Positions 1-12,769 are shown, numbered from the stretch's first letter. The stretch is 64,000 nucleotides of DNA from Camelus ferus (GCF_009834535.1 NC_045696.1:50718001-50782000), one strand, 5' to 3'. The notes: generated by a model not told the origin, from the letters alone. A program made the numbers and translations.

Positions 1-1025
1 CAGAGGCACAGACTTAGTCGGGTATTGGTCTGGGGAGAAGAGAAGGAAAGCAAAGAAGGTTCTTGAATGAAACCCCAAGTAATAGGAGCAGCTGCAGGGA
101 CAGTGACTTCCCTCAGGCCGCTTGGTCCTCCCCTCAGGCCACCTACTCGTCTAAGGGCCATTTGGGTTTGAAAAATAAAGGCCAGGGTTACAGTCCTTCC
201 CCCTAGAAAAACCCCTGGATTCCGAGTAAGCGTGTCTCTAGGCATTCCTCCTGAAGGTCTGTGGTTTGGATTAGCATTCCTTCTCAGTCCCAAATTTCTC
301 ATCTGAATAAACCCTTCCGCTCAGCAGACATTGACCAAGTGGTGTGCCAACACTTTTCCAGGTGCTAGGGTTACCGAGAGAAATTGGACACATCCTTGCC
401 TTCAGGAAGTCTATAGTCTGGGAAAAGAGGCACATTACAGACAGACAAATCTGTAAGTCATTATGGAAATGCTGCAATAGGTAAGCAAAACCCTTTGGAA
501 ACTGGGATGAGGACTAGTCACTGGCGGCATCATACGGTGACGTTTGAGCTAAGTTTTGAAGGATAATGAAGGGAGAAGGACAAGATGGTTCTGGTAGAAG
601 GAAAAGAGTGAGAAAGTAGTTTGCCCAGGGTTTAGGGCTTGTGGAGGAAGACAAAGGAAAGGCTGGCTGCAGCCCAGTTAGGAACCTGGGAGGTTATGTG
701 AAGGAGTTTGAACTTCATTTAATCATAGTCGTTTGGGGAGCTATCAGAGGTGAGTCTATTAGCTCCTTTGTCTGTTTTTTTTTAACTGACCCCAAAAGGG
801 GGAAAAAAATCACTCATAATTCCTTCACATTTTCAAATCAGCTGCTTTGATTTCATATTCCCTTCCAGGTCACACCCAACTGCTCACATGCTTTTTACAA
901 AATAAGATCTGTGCTTTTCCTTAATATCTTTTTAACATTTTTCATGTTGCTACTTGATCTTTCTAATTATTGTGCTAAATGGCTGCGTAATAGTCCATCA
1001 ATTATTAGGTCATGATTTACTTCAA

Positions 1026-1270
1026 GCAGTAGGCTAGAGTGCCAAGAGGCAGGGGTTTTAGAGTCAGGCAGACTCGTTCAAATCCTGACTCTGTGATTTA
1101 CCATCTGTGTGACTGTGTGATCTTGGACAAAATATTTAATCACTCTGAGCTTTAGTTTCCTCATTTATAAAACGAGTTGATGGTACAGGGCCATTGTGAG
1201 AATTTTATCAAAGTAAGCAAATTATGGGTGATGGCCTATAGGAGGCATTGCTCCGTGAATGGTGGCAGCT
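1026..1270 (+). mobile_element. MIR SINE relic
   Basis: MIR core-like text: ttcaaatcctgactctg...tgtgatcttggacaaa...ctctgagctttagtttcctcatttataaaa. Confidence 0.75.
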
Positions 1271-1387
1271 CATTTGTCATTTTTACTGTTGGCTTGAGCT
1301 TGAAATTCTAGAAAGAAAGTAGGTGACAATGTGGGGGCTTATTAGTTGGGGAGAGGAAAATCAGGGAGCCAGTGTGAGGGCCCTAGA

Positions 1388-1805
1388 CGTGTACTGTCCA
1401 GTACAGTAGCCACTGACACACATGGCAATAGGGCACCTGAAATATGGCTAGTTTGCACTGGGATGTGTAAGTAAATAGAAAATACACACCAGATTTGAAA
1501 GACTTAAAACAAAATATAAAACATCTCATTAATAACTTTTATATTGACTATATGTTGAAGTAGTAGTATTTTGGATATATTGTGTTAAAAAAAAAAGATA
1601 CTCTTGGAGAGGTGGGGTATAGCTCAGTGGTAGAGCACATGCTTAGCGTGCTCGAGGTCTTGGGTTCAATCCCCAGTACCTGCACTGAAAAAGAAAAAAA
1701 AGAAAGAAAGAAAAGATACTATTAAAATTATTTCCACTTGATTTTTCAATGTGGCTCCTAGAAAAGTTTGAATGCTGTATGCCACTCGCATTGTATTTCT
1801 CTGGT
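1388..1805 (+). mobile_element. MER33-like hAT DNA transposon, interrupted by a SINE
   Basis: ctgtccagtacagtagccact...aaatacacaccagatttgaaagactta...atattttggatatattg resembles the recalled MER33 consensus. Confidence 0.75.
1606..1710 (+). mobile_element. tRNA-Ala-derived SINE (vic-1-like)
   Basis: A box tagctcagtgg, B box ggttcaatcc, A-rich tail, TSD aaaagatact at 1593-1602 and 1711-1720. Confidence 0.88.
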
Positions 1806-4800
1806 TGCTCTTGCCATAGTTAGAATCCACACGACTGATCAGATCCTGGCGTGGAGAATCGGGGAGAGCCAGGAGACAAGGGTGAGTCCCGGGTTGGGCA
1901 GCGGAGCAGGTGGTGTGTAGGGAAGATAGGGGAAGAGCAGATGAGTTTGAGTTTGTTTGTAGAAGCAGGTCATTAGTGGGTGTCCTCTGAGCAGTGAAAT
2001 GAAAAGCAAGCATTTGGTCTGGACCAGAGAAGCCGCCCCTGCTTTCCTTAAGAGCTGGCCATTCTGGCTCTCACCACATCACACACGTCGGTGCTAAGAT
2101 TACTGACCAAAGCGCTCTCTGCGGGGAGGGCTGGGAGAGCTTGGCAGCCCTGCTGAGCTCCCAGGGTGCTTCAGGACTGGCTTGTCGTGGGGCTTCAGGT
2201 GTCCCCACAGGCTACTCTGTAACACATACAGTATGTGGGATCAGAATGACCAGGAATAGGGTGCCGTACAAACACAGAAGTTGGAGGGGAAGGCAGGCTG
2301 CTTCTGCAGGGAGGGTGAGTGCACTGAGTCCTAGAAGGCCCTGTGCAGTTGTGTGTCTGCAGCTACTCTGGTTTGGGGTCTTCAGGGAAGGGGGTACTGC
2401 CCTTATGGGCCCCTAATAGTTAAAAATTGATTTGATGCTGAGATTGGCCTCTGGGTAGAATTTCAGGTAACCAAATGCTATTTAGGTTTTAGAACTAGGA
2501 GTTGAAATTGGACCTGGCTCTCAAAATATCATTGCCCCATTTCCTGAAGGGTTGTTGGACATAGGGCCTTAAAATCAGGATAAAAGCAAAATAAAATAAG
2601 AACTTTCACATACTCTCCTGCAGTCTTGCCCAACCCCTTGGGAAACTGCAGATTCATGATGCATTTCAGTGGGATAAGAGCAAGGAAAGTAGAATAGGGT
2701 AAGCTTGGGGGACAAAAAACAAACCACAGTGAGCTCCGGAATCTGGGTTTGAGCAGTTTTCTCTGACAGCCTGCCTGCCTGGCGCTGGGTGAGGCAGGCA
2801 GTGAAAGGCCGGTGTGATAGATGCAGGCATCACTGTGGCAGGACCACTCCTAGCAAAAGTGCAGCAGCATTTTGCTTCTTCTGTTCAAGCCATTGTCACC
2901 CACCCAAGCCCTGACTGCAGTTGTCAGTTGGGTAAAGAGTTTCCAGTTCTTGGTGAGCAATGGAACAACCACAGCAGCATGTACACGGTTCACTCCTTCA
3001 GCAACCATTTACTGAGCTCGTCCAGAGTGCCAGGCCATGGGATTCAAGTTTCAGCTGTAGGAGAGTATGTGGAAGTTTTTATAGCTTTTCTTTGCTTTCA
3101 TTTTCTATCTTGATTTTAAATTTGGAATTTTTTTTTTTACAGTCACAGAACCAATAACTTTGTTTCACAACCTACAAAACAGATTCTTTATTTTTTGAGG
3201 AATGCTGTCATAGTTCGGTTACCAGTTTTATTTTTTCTGAGAAGTTGGGAGAAATGTACTCTGTTCTCTCCCCACATCTGCTCCCCTCCTTCCCTTTTTG
3301 GCCCTGGGGAAAGTGCACCTTTGACCTCAGGGAGCCCCGAGGCTCACTCCTAGCAGATACACTTACGACACAGCTTCAACTGCTAGACAGCCCACTCCAT
3401 CCATGCAGAGAGGCTCCATATGCCCTTGGTTTGGCTGTGGCGGACCACAACTGTCACCTCTTCCTTAGTGCCAGACCAGCCAGAGGAGAAAGTGGGCCCC
3501 AACTTGGCAGGCTGGTGGGTCTTCTGCCCCTACAGAGATTTATTTTGAAAGCAGTTTCATCCCATTGCAAAACTTGCGACTTTTTCAAGGCAACTGTGGA
3601 GAGGTGGGAATTGGCCACAGGCTTGACATCTCGGGGAAACAGGTGTTCCTGGCTTTAATGACCTTAAATTGACTGGGATGGGAGGGGGATTTGGGATACC
3701 TAGACACAGAAAGCTGAATAAATATGCAGGCTTCTGTGCTCCAAGGCCCGGAGGGACCATCCCCACCCGCCACACTCTCTCCACAAGTGCTCAGCCTCAA
3801 GGCCGCGCGCACACCGCACACCTGCAGTACCACGTGCCCCAGCCCCGCCCTCCTGCCCTGCTCTCGGCGCTCCCCGCCCTCCCCGCCCGGCTCTCGGCGC
3901 TCCCGCTCCTCGCCTCTCCCTGCCAGCTCCCGCCGCCACCTCAATATCACCTCACCTTCCTCCCTCTTAACTCCACAGTCCGGCCTTTCTGCCAGCCCAG
4001 ACCTCTCCAGATTAGAGTCTCTGGGGACCCAGTCCTTTTAAAAGGAAGAAACAAAGAAAAAGGGAGGAAAAACAGAAAGAAAGAAGGAAACAGAAGAATG
4101 AAACTGGACCGAAGGGGCAGTGGTGCCTTGAGCCATCTCACTGCATTACAATGAATATGGACTCTATTAAGCTCCGTTCTGCCTGTTAGTGTTTCCCCGG
4201 GCAACACAGCTCCCATATGGCAAGCATGCAGCAGATTAGGGGAGGCCCCTGGGCCTCATTGAAGGCCGGGGGCTTGACTGGCAGTTGAACCCCCTCCCCA
4301 CCTCCCCCTAACCCTCACACTTGACAGTGCCTGTGTTTATCTAAAGCAAGGAGGGGGGGCCATTTGGAAGGTTTTTGTCCTGCTCTGAGAGAAGGGAGAG
4401 GAGGCTGGGGGGTGGGGTGGGTTGAGGGAGGAAGGAGGTAGGGGTGGGGTGGAGGGGGTAGGCCTGAGGGAAGGCCTCATAAATATTCAGGAGGAGTGGT
4501 GAATGGAGAGAGAGAAATAAAGCAGATGGAATTCGTGTTAAAGAACAGCACAATCACCCTGTTTTGAGCCCTCCAAAAACAACAAAAAAGAAAAGGGAAT
4601 GGCCTTCCAGGAGTGTAGGAGCTGCGTTTATCCAATTAGTAGGGTTGTCAAATTGAATTTATATGGAATAGGGGTGGGGGAGTTGAGAGGCGAGTGCAGA
4701 AGAAAGGAAGTGGTTTTCCTTTTCTCTTTTTTCAGTTTAGCAGTAAGGTTTGTGGGTTTTTTCCCCCTCTTTCCCTTTCTTTAAGGGTAGATTTTTTTTT

Positions 4801-6981
4801 TAATCTCTTTAAAGAAATTAGGCCATTTTGAGGGAGAAGTATGTGTGACAGAGAAATGAGACTCCCAAGTAACTTTTTCCTGAAGTGGTGAAGGTGAGAG
4901 AGGATTAGATGTGTCCAGTGGGCAAATCAAGAGACCAAACCTCCTCTTTACTCAGAAGGCAGAGGTGGCTTCTCTCTGGTGGGGGATTCCTCCCCAGAGC
5001 TAAGATGCTGTGACCAGACTCTTCCTTGCTCCTTGGCTGGATCGTAAAGGGTCCACCTACCTGAGTAGAATTAGCAGCTTGTTATAACTTTGGAGTTCAG
5101 AGTGAGTTAGGAGCCCAGGTTTTGCTAATCTCCCCCAAATGCCTCTTTGGTTATATATTTCCTTCTCAAAACCATCAGCATTCCCCCTCTGTCTATGGTG
5201 TTAACTTCAGGCTCTTTTTCCTAGTCTTTCACAACATGACTCAATCTCAGTTTTTCCCTTGCCTCTTTTTCATTCTTCTGGAATAGTCTCCAAAGCGGGG
5301 TGCAAGCCCCGAAGGGGAAATAGAACATATTCCACTGGGGCGCTGGGAGATAAGAGGGTCTCTTAAAGTTGATTTCTGTCCACAAAATGAATAGGAAAGA
5401 AATTCAGCTTCCTAATATTTAACATTAGGATTGCTATCGTTCCTTTAGTCCTGTGTCAGGCAGTGTGCGTGTCACCACAGCACGAAGGACCTGCACTGCT
5501 TGGAGGGCTTGGCAGGGTGGGGGTGGGCTAGAGGGGGCTGGGGTAGGGGCAACCTCACTCACTTGTTCATTCACTCCCCAGTGTTCCTGTTCTCTGTTAA
5601 GTGGATTTACAGATTATATTATTTAGTTTTAACTAAATTAACTCCCAAAAGGACAAGTGGCTTAAAGAGATTGCTACAAAGAAACTGGGTTGATGTGCTG
5701 ATAATCTAAGCACTTGCAGACAGGATGGAAACAGCAGAGCTGACCCCTTTTCCAGTCACATTAGGAAGTAGAAACAAATATATCCCATAATAATGGGGTC
5801 TGATGAGAAGTCAACAACATAATTAGCATTCAAGCAGACCTTTTCAAAGAGATTACATCCATATCATTAGTGATGAATCTAACCCTAAGTAGGCTTGCTG
5901 CCTTCAGGTATTTGCTTAATGCTATTATAAGACAGTCGTGGATTAACAAGTCATTAAAATAGTGATTTCATCTCTGCCTACTCATAAATTTTAGTCTGGC
6001 AGCACATGCACTAAATTTATGAATAAATATGCATGCATTAGCGATATTTGCCCAGAATATGTTTCTCCTATGGAAGCAAAATCAGAAAGGTTAGGAGACC
6101 ACTGTTCGAGATAGGCATCCTGTGACAGCCAGATTGCTTGATGCACCCCCTGCAAACAGACCCTTCCCACCAAGTTGGGGTCACCTCCCTGCAGGGCCTG
6201 TCTCTTTCCGTGTGCATATTCCAGAAGACCCATTTTCAAACCCACATATCCAGAAAACCGTTCCTGAAGACCTGAAATTAAAAATGCTCTCCTCCCTCTG
6301 CTCTCGTTTGCCACTTCCCGTTTGTAATGAAGCTGGTGATCAGGTGAAGTTTTAGGGTAAAGAATGTTAGAGTTGTTACATGAGCGTAATCCCAAAACTT
6401 CAGTGGTTTTATGCAACAAGGACTGAGTGCTTCTCCTGTCGTAGATTGTCTGCCTTCCATCCTGCAGCTGTGCCTCCTGGAACATGACGTGCTCACCAGG
6501 GCTGGGAGGAGGGACACACCGCCCCCCTAGTTCTCTAGCTCTTAACTGCCTTAGCCCGGAAGTGACACAGAACATGTTCACTTACAGGCCATTGGCCAGC
6601 ACTGGTCACATGGTCCTAAGCCACCTGTGGAGGAGGTTAGGAAATAAAGAGCTTATGGGTATTTGCCGAGCACTGGCTGACTTATTCTAAGCTTTGTTTT
6701 AAGCTTCTCAGGACAGAATCCATCCTCTGATACAGTGCCTTGCATGCTGTCTGGTGTATGGTAGATCACAGTGATGTTTTTCCTTCCCAATATAATAATA
6801 TCACAGTACACACAGTTTTTTAATAGAAAACACATACACAAACTTTGGATAAGGAATAAGTTAGAGATATATTTAGAGGCTGGCTGGAGCATGGCTCATA
6901 CTTAAGACCATCAAACCATTGTCATTCTCCCCTGTGTGACATCAGAGCTGTCTGGGTGGATGTTCCAGTTAATAGTCTTGA

Positions 6982-7400
6982 ACCGCATTCCCTAATTTGG
7001 TAACCACTAGCCCTATTGGCTAACTTAAAATTAAAAATTCAATTCCTACATTTTGAAATCCCAGTCTATCCCTTCCCGCCCAAATGTAGAAAAGATAAAC
7101 AAAATTATACTGTATAGCACAGGGAAATATATGTAAGATCTTGTGGTAGCTTACAGAGGAAAAAATGTGACAATGAATATATATATGTTCATGTCTAACT
7201 GAAAAATTGTGCTCTACACTGGAATTTGACACAACATTGTAAAATGATTATAAATCAATAAAAAATGTTAAAAAATTCAATTCCTTAGTCATATTAGCTA
7301 CACTTCAAGTATTTAACTGCCACAAGTAGTTAGTGGCTATCTTAACATTTGGGACAGTGCAAATACAGAACATTTTCATCGTTGCAGAAAATTCTATTGA
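6982..7400 (-). mobile_element. MER3-like hAT element split by an L1 insertion
   Basis: aaattcaattccttagtcatattagctacacttcaagt...acagaacattttcatcgttgcagaaaattctattg. Confidence 0.7.
7048..7270 (+). mobile_element. 5'-truncated young L1 3' end with an inverted 5' piece
   Basis: 15-bp TSD aaaaattcaattcct at 7033-7047 and 7271-7285. Ends in aataaaaaatgtt. Nearly identical to the copy at 21708-21866. Confidence 0.85.
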
Positions 7401-9977
7401 AGAGGTTTGTGTGAAGAACAGTAGGATTCTTCCAGATTAGGATCTAAATGGTAAAGAATAAAAATGACCACACAGAAAGTTACTGTTACAGATAATGATC
7501 CAGGTGATATTTTTAGGCATGAGAAAGTAAATTCAAAAAACCTTCTAAATTTAGTTCTAAAAGCAGCTCTAAGCAGTTGGTTAATATGACCCAGAAACAA
7601 TTTTCTGGGAGGCAGAGTCAAGGTAGTGGACAGAGCGCTGGACTAGGAGTCAGGAGTCCTGACCTGTAGCCCTAGATCTGTCTTAATTGGGCGACCTTCT
7701 GCAAATCACTTAGCCTCTCTGCACCTTGCTTTCCTCACTTGTAATACCAGATACCTGTTAGGTGTTATTCTAAGCGATTATTTTTTTTTTTCTGAGATCC
7801 CTCCTAATTTAAAATGTTTCCCTTTAATTACATCTGTGGGTAAAAACTTTTTAAGTAAAAAAATGCCCTTTCTTAAATCCTTCTTCTAGGTTTACATAAA
7901 CTCACATATTCAGCCGTCTGAGAATTAAATTCACTTGTTTCCCCAAGTATTCCGCCAGTGTCACTCCTTGGTCCAGGAGCACCACCCTCTTTCTTGAGGC
8001 CAGAGGGCTGCCAGCCCACACCTGTCAGCCACTTGGCATCACCTTCTAGGGGCAGAACTTCTCTCTGCCTTTAAAGACAGTTGGGAATCTTACTCCATAG
8101 AATTGGAAACATACAAAAAAAATGTAACTTGTGGTCAGAAATACTTCTTTTTTTCATGTAGGTAGCCCCCTCTCAACCGATGGGAAAAAAAAAAGCTTTG
8201 TCAGATCTCATTCTTGCCACTGGAAGAATGTTTTTTAAGATAAACTCTGTGCTTTCTGCTAAATCACATGGGCTGCTGTGTAGCTCATCTTGGTTATTGG
8301 TCATAGGACATCCACAGGGTGTGTTTCGCATCTTAGACCATGCAGGCTTCTCTTTCTGAGAGAGCTGCAGGGGCCTGGGTGATCAGAGCATGCGACGTGG
8401 CCTCGAGTGCCCTGGTTTCACTCCGGCCGGCCAGCCAGCCCTCCTGGGAGAAGGTGGAGCTGGTCTCCTCCTGCTGATGATCGACTCTCCGTTGTTTGTA
8501 ATTTTCTCGCAAAATAAATACTCCAAGGCTATAATTTCTCATGCTTGGTCTCAACCTTAGACGTGTATTCTGCTGTTGTTGTTTTTGGAAAGTTTCAAAA
8601 CCGTCTGCCTGGAGATTATTTCAGTGGGAACACGTATGTCGCCAGTAAAACTCAGGCGCATTTTCTTTTATTTTTGAGTCCAAATAACCCTTAAAAAATA
8701 GCAAGTACCTAGGCCTCAAGGAGGAATTCATGTCAAGAATTCATTTTCCCTTCTCTCTGCTCTTGATTTTTTTCCCCCTTGATCTCTTTTTCTGAGAAAA
8801 TGCAGAGAAAATAAGCCGGATCTAGACATACTTTGCATTGCCAAGAAAAATAACAGGCCTTACTGTTGCCTTCACCCAACTTTGAAATTGTTCCTTGTTT
8901 ATTTCACAGTGGGACAAAGTGACACTGCAATTAGGTACTCCAGCTAAGCCTCATTTGCCCTTTTTTTTAATCATTAAAAAAAAATGTTCTCCGAAACCTG
9001 TATTTTTGGACCTATCTTTCTAGACCAAGCTCACTAGGTAACTTGGTCCAGAAGTAACTCAGTTTCCCCAGCTGCTAAATAAGATGCATCACAGCTACAT
9101 CTATGATTCCTCCCTCCACATTTTTGGCGCAATTCTGCTTTTACGTGAGGGAGACCCCACGTGTCCTGCTCTGGGCTCATTGAGTGCTACCTGCTCACAA
9201 CTCTGTCGTGGGGATCAACGAGTTAACTCCTTTCTCCCCCTTTGGACACCTGCTTCCTCTCCCTCCCTCTCCCTCTCCAGCTACATTCTTTTCTCCCTGC
9301 TGCATTTCAAAGCCGGATGGTGGCTGGCAGCAGCAGTGGGGTCTGTTTCCATTTTGAACCTTGTAAATTACCCAGGGTGCAGAAGTAACAGGAATTGTTT
9401 GGCTGGCCCTCGTTAAGCAGGAGGCGGTCTGGGCTGAATTTCCTCAGTAAAACCTTTGTCGACTTTACAACCACCAAACACCTCTGTAGCCACCCTGTGC
9501 CAGGATGAGAAACAGCCCTCCTGTCCCTCTTTGTCTGCATGTCTTCTTTCTGCCCTTTATTACTTTATATTCATTGTCTCCCCGCCGAGCCGCCTCCATC
9601 CTTACTTTCCTTCCTTCTCCCTTCCTTGGGGAGGGAGGAACAGGTGTCGGAGTTCTCTTTAAGGAGTTGGGGAAACTGGTGCATGTCGGGAGCAAGCAAT
9701 TTCCCTAAAATCCTATAACTGGTAATTCATGCAGTGTTCTAGATAAATACTTCATTTCACTGGGAAAAAGCAGAGAACTAGAACTAGTATCTGGATGATT
9801 GAGAGGACACCAAAAGCTTGCGTGGTTTGTAAATATGTTCACGAACTTTTCCTTAATGAACAGCGATTCAGAAATCACTGTTAAAATTCCTCATTGTTTT
9901 GCCTCACTCTTATTCCAACTCCATTCATTAAGAACCCACTGGGTGCAGAGCACTGATAGAAAAAACATGAAAAAGCT

Positions 9978-10182
9978 ACTATTGTGGTTAAAAAGCACAG
10001 AACTTTGGAATGAGCCCAACCTGGGTTTCATTCCAGGCCTACAGTTATGTGACCTTGGACAAGTTACCTACCCTCTGGAACTCACTTTCTTCACCTGTAA
10101 AATGGGTGAGTCCCCACGTTGTCGAGTTTTTCTGACGATGAAAAGAATACCTTGTGCAAAGAGCTTAGCGAGGTACCTGCGG
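9978..10182 (+). mobile_element. MIR SINE relic
   Basis: tgtgaccttggacaagttacc...ttcttcacctgtaaaatggg. Confidence 0.75.
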
Positions 10183-12114
10183 TGATGACAGGCATCTGCC
10201 CCCCACCCCGCCCCCGCCTCCACCACCGCCCTTCCCCACCCTTCCCTTCCCGTCTGTACTCACATCCTTTGCAGCTTTCCTTAATGTCGCTTTATAATAT
10301 GACCCTTTGATTTACTGCATTGTCTGAAAAAGAGCAAAAGCGCTCTCTACACCAAGAGGAAATTACATTGTCAGGAAAAGCTTAAAAATTTTCTTTCAAA
10401 CCTCTTATGGAAAATGTCCCCTTGTCCTTTCCCAGAACAGTGGAGGAGTTTTGGAGGTGCTCTGATATCAAAGACACGAGGCAAAGGGAAGGATGAAAAA
10501 CCAAGGGGAAAGAACTCTTTACTGGGAAACATTCTTAACAACAGTGTAGGGCTGGGTCCTAGATCTGGTTTGGAGAGGTGTTTGTTGGGCCTTGACACTC
10601 AGCAGCCGAGTGAAAAGACAGAAGGGCCAAAGGAGCGTGGAGAAGGGAAGTGTTTAAGCAGATCTCAGGCACTTCCTGACAGAGCAAGAGCCCCGCAGCC
10701 CAGCCTTCAGGCCCTTGTTGAAGGAGCAATTGGGGGTTGAGAGACTGAAGATCAGATCTTACAACAGACTGGGCGGGTGGCCAGAACTCCAGAGACCCAG
10801 GGGCCATAGCACATCTCTCAGTTGGGTGGCTTAACAGCCTCGTATGATTTTTCACTGGTGACTGTAAGTCTTTGAAAGAGTCACTAATTAGATAAACTGG
10901 TCCAAAAGAGAGAACATTTTGAGTATAAGTCACTCTCCTGGAAATATACTAAATATTGCCGTATGTGCACAATTCAGGAACGTGCATTCACCATCTAGAC
11001 TGTTGTCATGTTGCCTTCAATGATCTGAACCTCACTCTAATGCGTACCAGCCTAATAAGGATGTTGACACAGCTTCCTTATTGGTCTGATGTTCTATAAG
11101 GGCAGCAGTGAAAAGCAGAGAAGATCTTGGTTGAGGCTGTGACAGAAGGGTGTCTACACTTGCCTGTATGTCATTTTGATGAATCTTTTATTAAAAACAC
11201 CATAGATTAAATGAGGCATAAAGAAGTAATACTGTGGATGGAGAGGAGTTAAAGTTCTAGGCAGGCAGTAAGAGGGTGGCTGACAGCTGAGGTATGTCAC
11301 CAAGCTGCTGGAGGTGCAGGGCAGCCTAGAGCTCCGAAGGAATGTTCTGGGTGGAGATGGAACACAGACGATTGTCAAGAGTACAGATTTTGTAGAGATG
11401 GAAGACACCAGAACTTTAGCACCAGGGCAGAGAGAAGAGGGGCCTTGGCTGATGTGTGACTTTTGTCTGTGTTTGTGTTTGGGGACACAGAGGTTACAGA
11501 CAAGCTTAGGAGGGTTGGTTGATTCCAGGAATCGAAGAATGGTCACAGGGATGTCAGTGAAGAGCTGAGATGAATCAAAAACAGACCTTCTGTGAGCCTC
11601 TGAGACTTTAGGATTCATTAATTAGTAACATCCCCTAAACGAAGGACTCCGCATGCACTCATATGTATGACCGCATTGTGCGCGGTCCTTTGTGCTAGCG
11701 GTGAGCCACTAGTACAGGTGGCCCAGGACACCTGGCCTCCTGCAGGAAGGTGGTAAAGATGACTGCATCCTCTCCAGCATCTGTGCTACGTGCCCACCGC
11801 CCAGGGCCTGGCACCAAACCGCAGGTCTCGGCCTCCCCATGTCCTGGGCTTTCCTCTCCTCGTTACTGTCGGTGCCCAGGCAGGGCTCTAGCATTCTTAC
11901 TGTAATAGCATCACTTTCTACCTCAAAGGGGCCACTTAGAAGTGGCTTATTTCAGATGAGAAATGGCATGAGAGTGTTTGGTCTTCCAGCAGCCCGGCCA
12001 GGCCAACACTTTGAATGATCCCACCTGTGTGGTGGACCAAGGGGCGCCAGGACACAGCCAGGCCCGGAGCACAAGGGTGTCCCGTCCCAGGCATCCTCAC
12101 CATGGCCCTCCCAA

Positions 12115-12180
12115 TCTCTCTCTCCCTCTCTCTCCCCCTCTCCCCCCCCCTCCCTCCCTCTCTCTCTCTCTCTCTTTCTC
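12115..12180 (+). repeat. (CT)n/poly-C pyrimidine tract forming the 3' splice-site tract of the BOC ATG exon
   Basis: About 65 nt of pure C/T directly before acagcag. Confidence 0.9.
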
Positions 12181-12269
12181 ACAGCAGAGTGTGGCAGGAG
12201 ATTGCAGTACCTCATTGAGTGACTCCAGTGGCTTATGGGTCTTTGGCTTTGGACCCTCTGTGACACACC

Positions 12270-12366
12270 ATGCTGCGTGGGATGATGACGACGCAGAGAG
12301 GACAGAGGCCTGGAATCATACTTGCTTGCCTCCTCCTGGCCACAGCGGGCTGCTTCGCCGACCTGA
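12270..12366 (+). CDS. BOC: BOC coding exon 1, signal peptide MLRGMMTTQRGQRPGIILACLLLATAGCFADL
   Basis: accATG at 12270, hydrophobic signal peptide, donor GTGAGT at 12367. Exon acceptor CAGCAG at 12182-12187 follows a long CT tract. Confidence 0.93.
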
Positions 12367-12541
12367 GTGAGTGCCTTCCTTCCTTTCTCAGAGGCCCCTC
12401 TGGGAAGGACACTTTGCCCCTGCTGTCAGCCGGAAGTGTGACGCATTCCTCAGGGACCTTCTAACAAGGCCTTCCTCCTGGGTTTCGAAGAGCACTGCAT
12501 TCCCACTGGCCTTCAGGGACATGCTCAATAATACAAGATGA

Positions 12542-12676
12542 CAAGGTGTTGGGCTCAGTCCCCAGTTACCTCCATTATAAAGAAATGAGGGAATAAATGT
12601 GGTACAGCTCAGTGGTAGAGCGTGTGCTTAGCATGCACAAGGTACTGGGTTCAACCCCTAGTACCTCCACTAAAAA
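12542..12676 (+). mobile_element. Tandem vic-1-like SINEs (a 5'-truncated unit followed by a near-full unit)
   Basis: Two B-box/acctcca segments, flanked by aatacaagatga at 12530-12541 and 12677-12688. Confidence 0.8.
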
Positions 12677-12769
12677 AATACAAGATGAGAAATGATGTCA
12701 ATAACATCATATTGGCTGTGTTTTGGTATCTTAATCATTTCAAATACTAGAGGAGGAGTAATGATAGTA

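Noticed and set aside
1612..1685. tRNA-Ala(AGC)-like genes here and at about 12600, 22413, 57553 and 59122
   Set aside because: They have A-rich tails, TSDs and broken stems, so they are tRNA-derived SINEs rather than tRNA genes
2771..2801. 10-bp stem hairpin ctgcctgcct / aggcaggcag
   Set aside because: Built from a low-complexity tetranucleotide repeat and too short for a pre-miRNA
3585..4154. Overlapping Pro/Arg/Gly-rich ORFs
   Set aside because: By-product of GC-rich low-complexity sequence
5991..6581. 196-aa minus-strand ORF
   Set aside because: No recognisable domain, overlaps MLT1-like and hAT relics, and has no splice context
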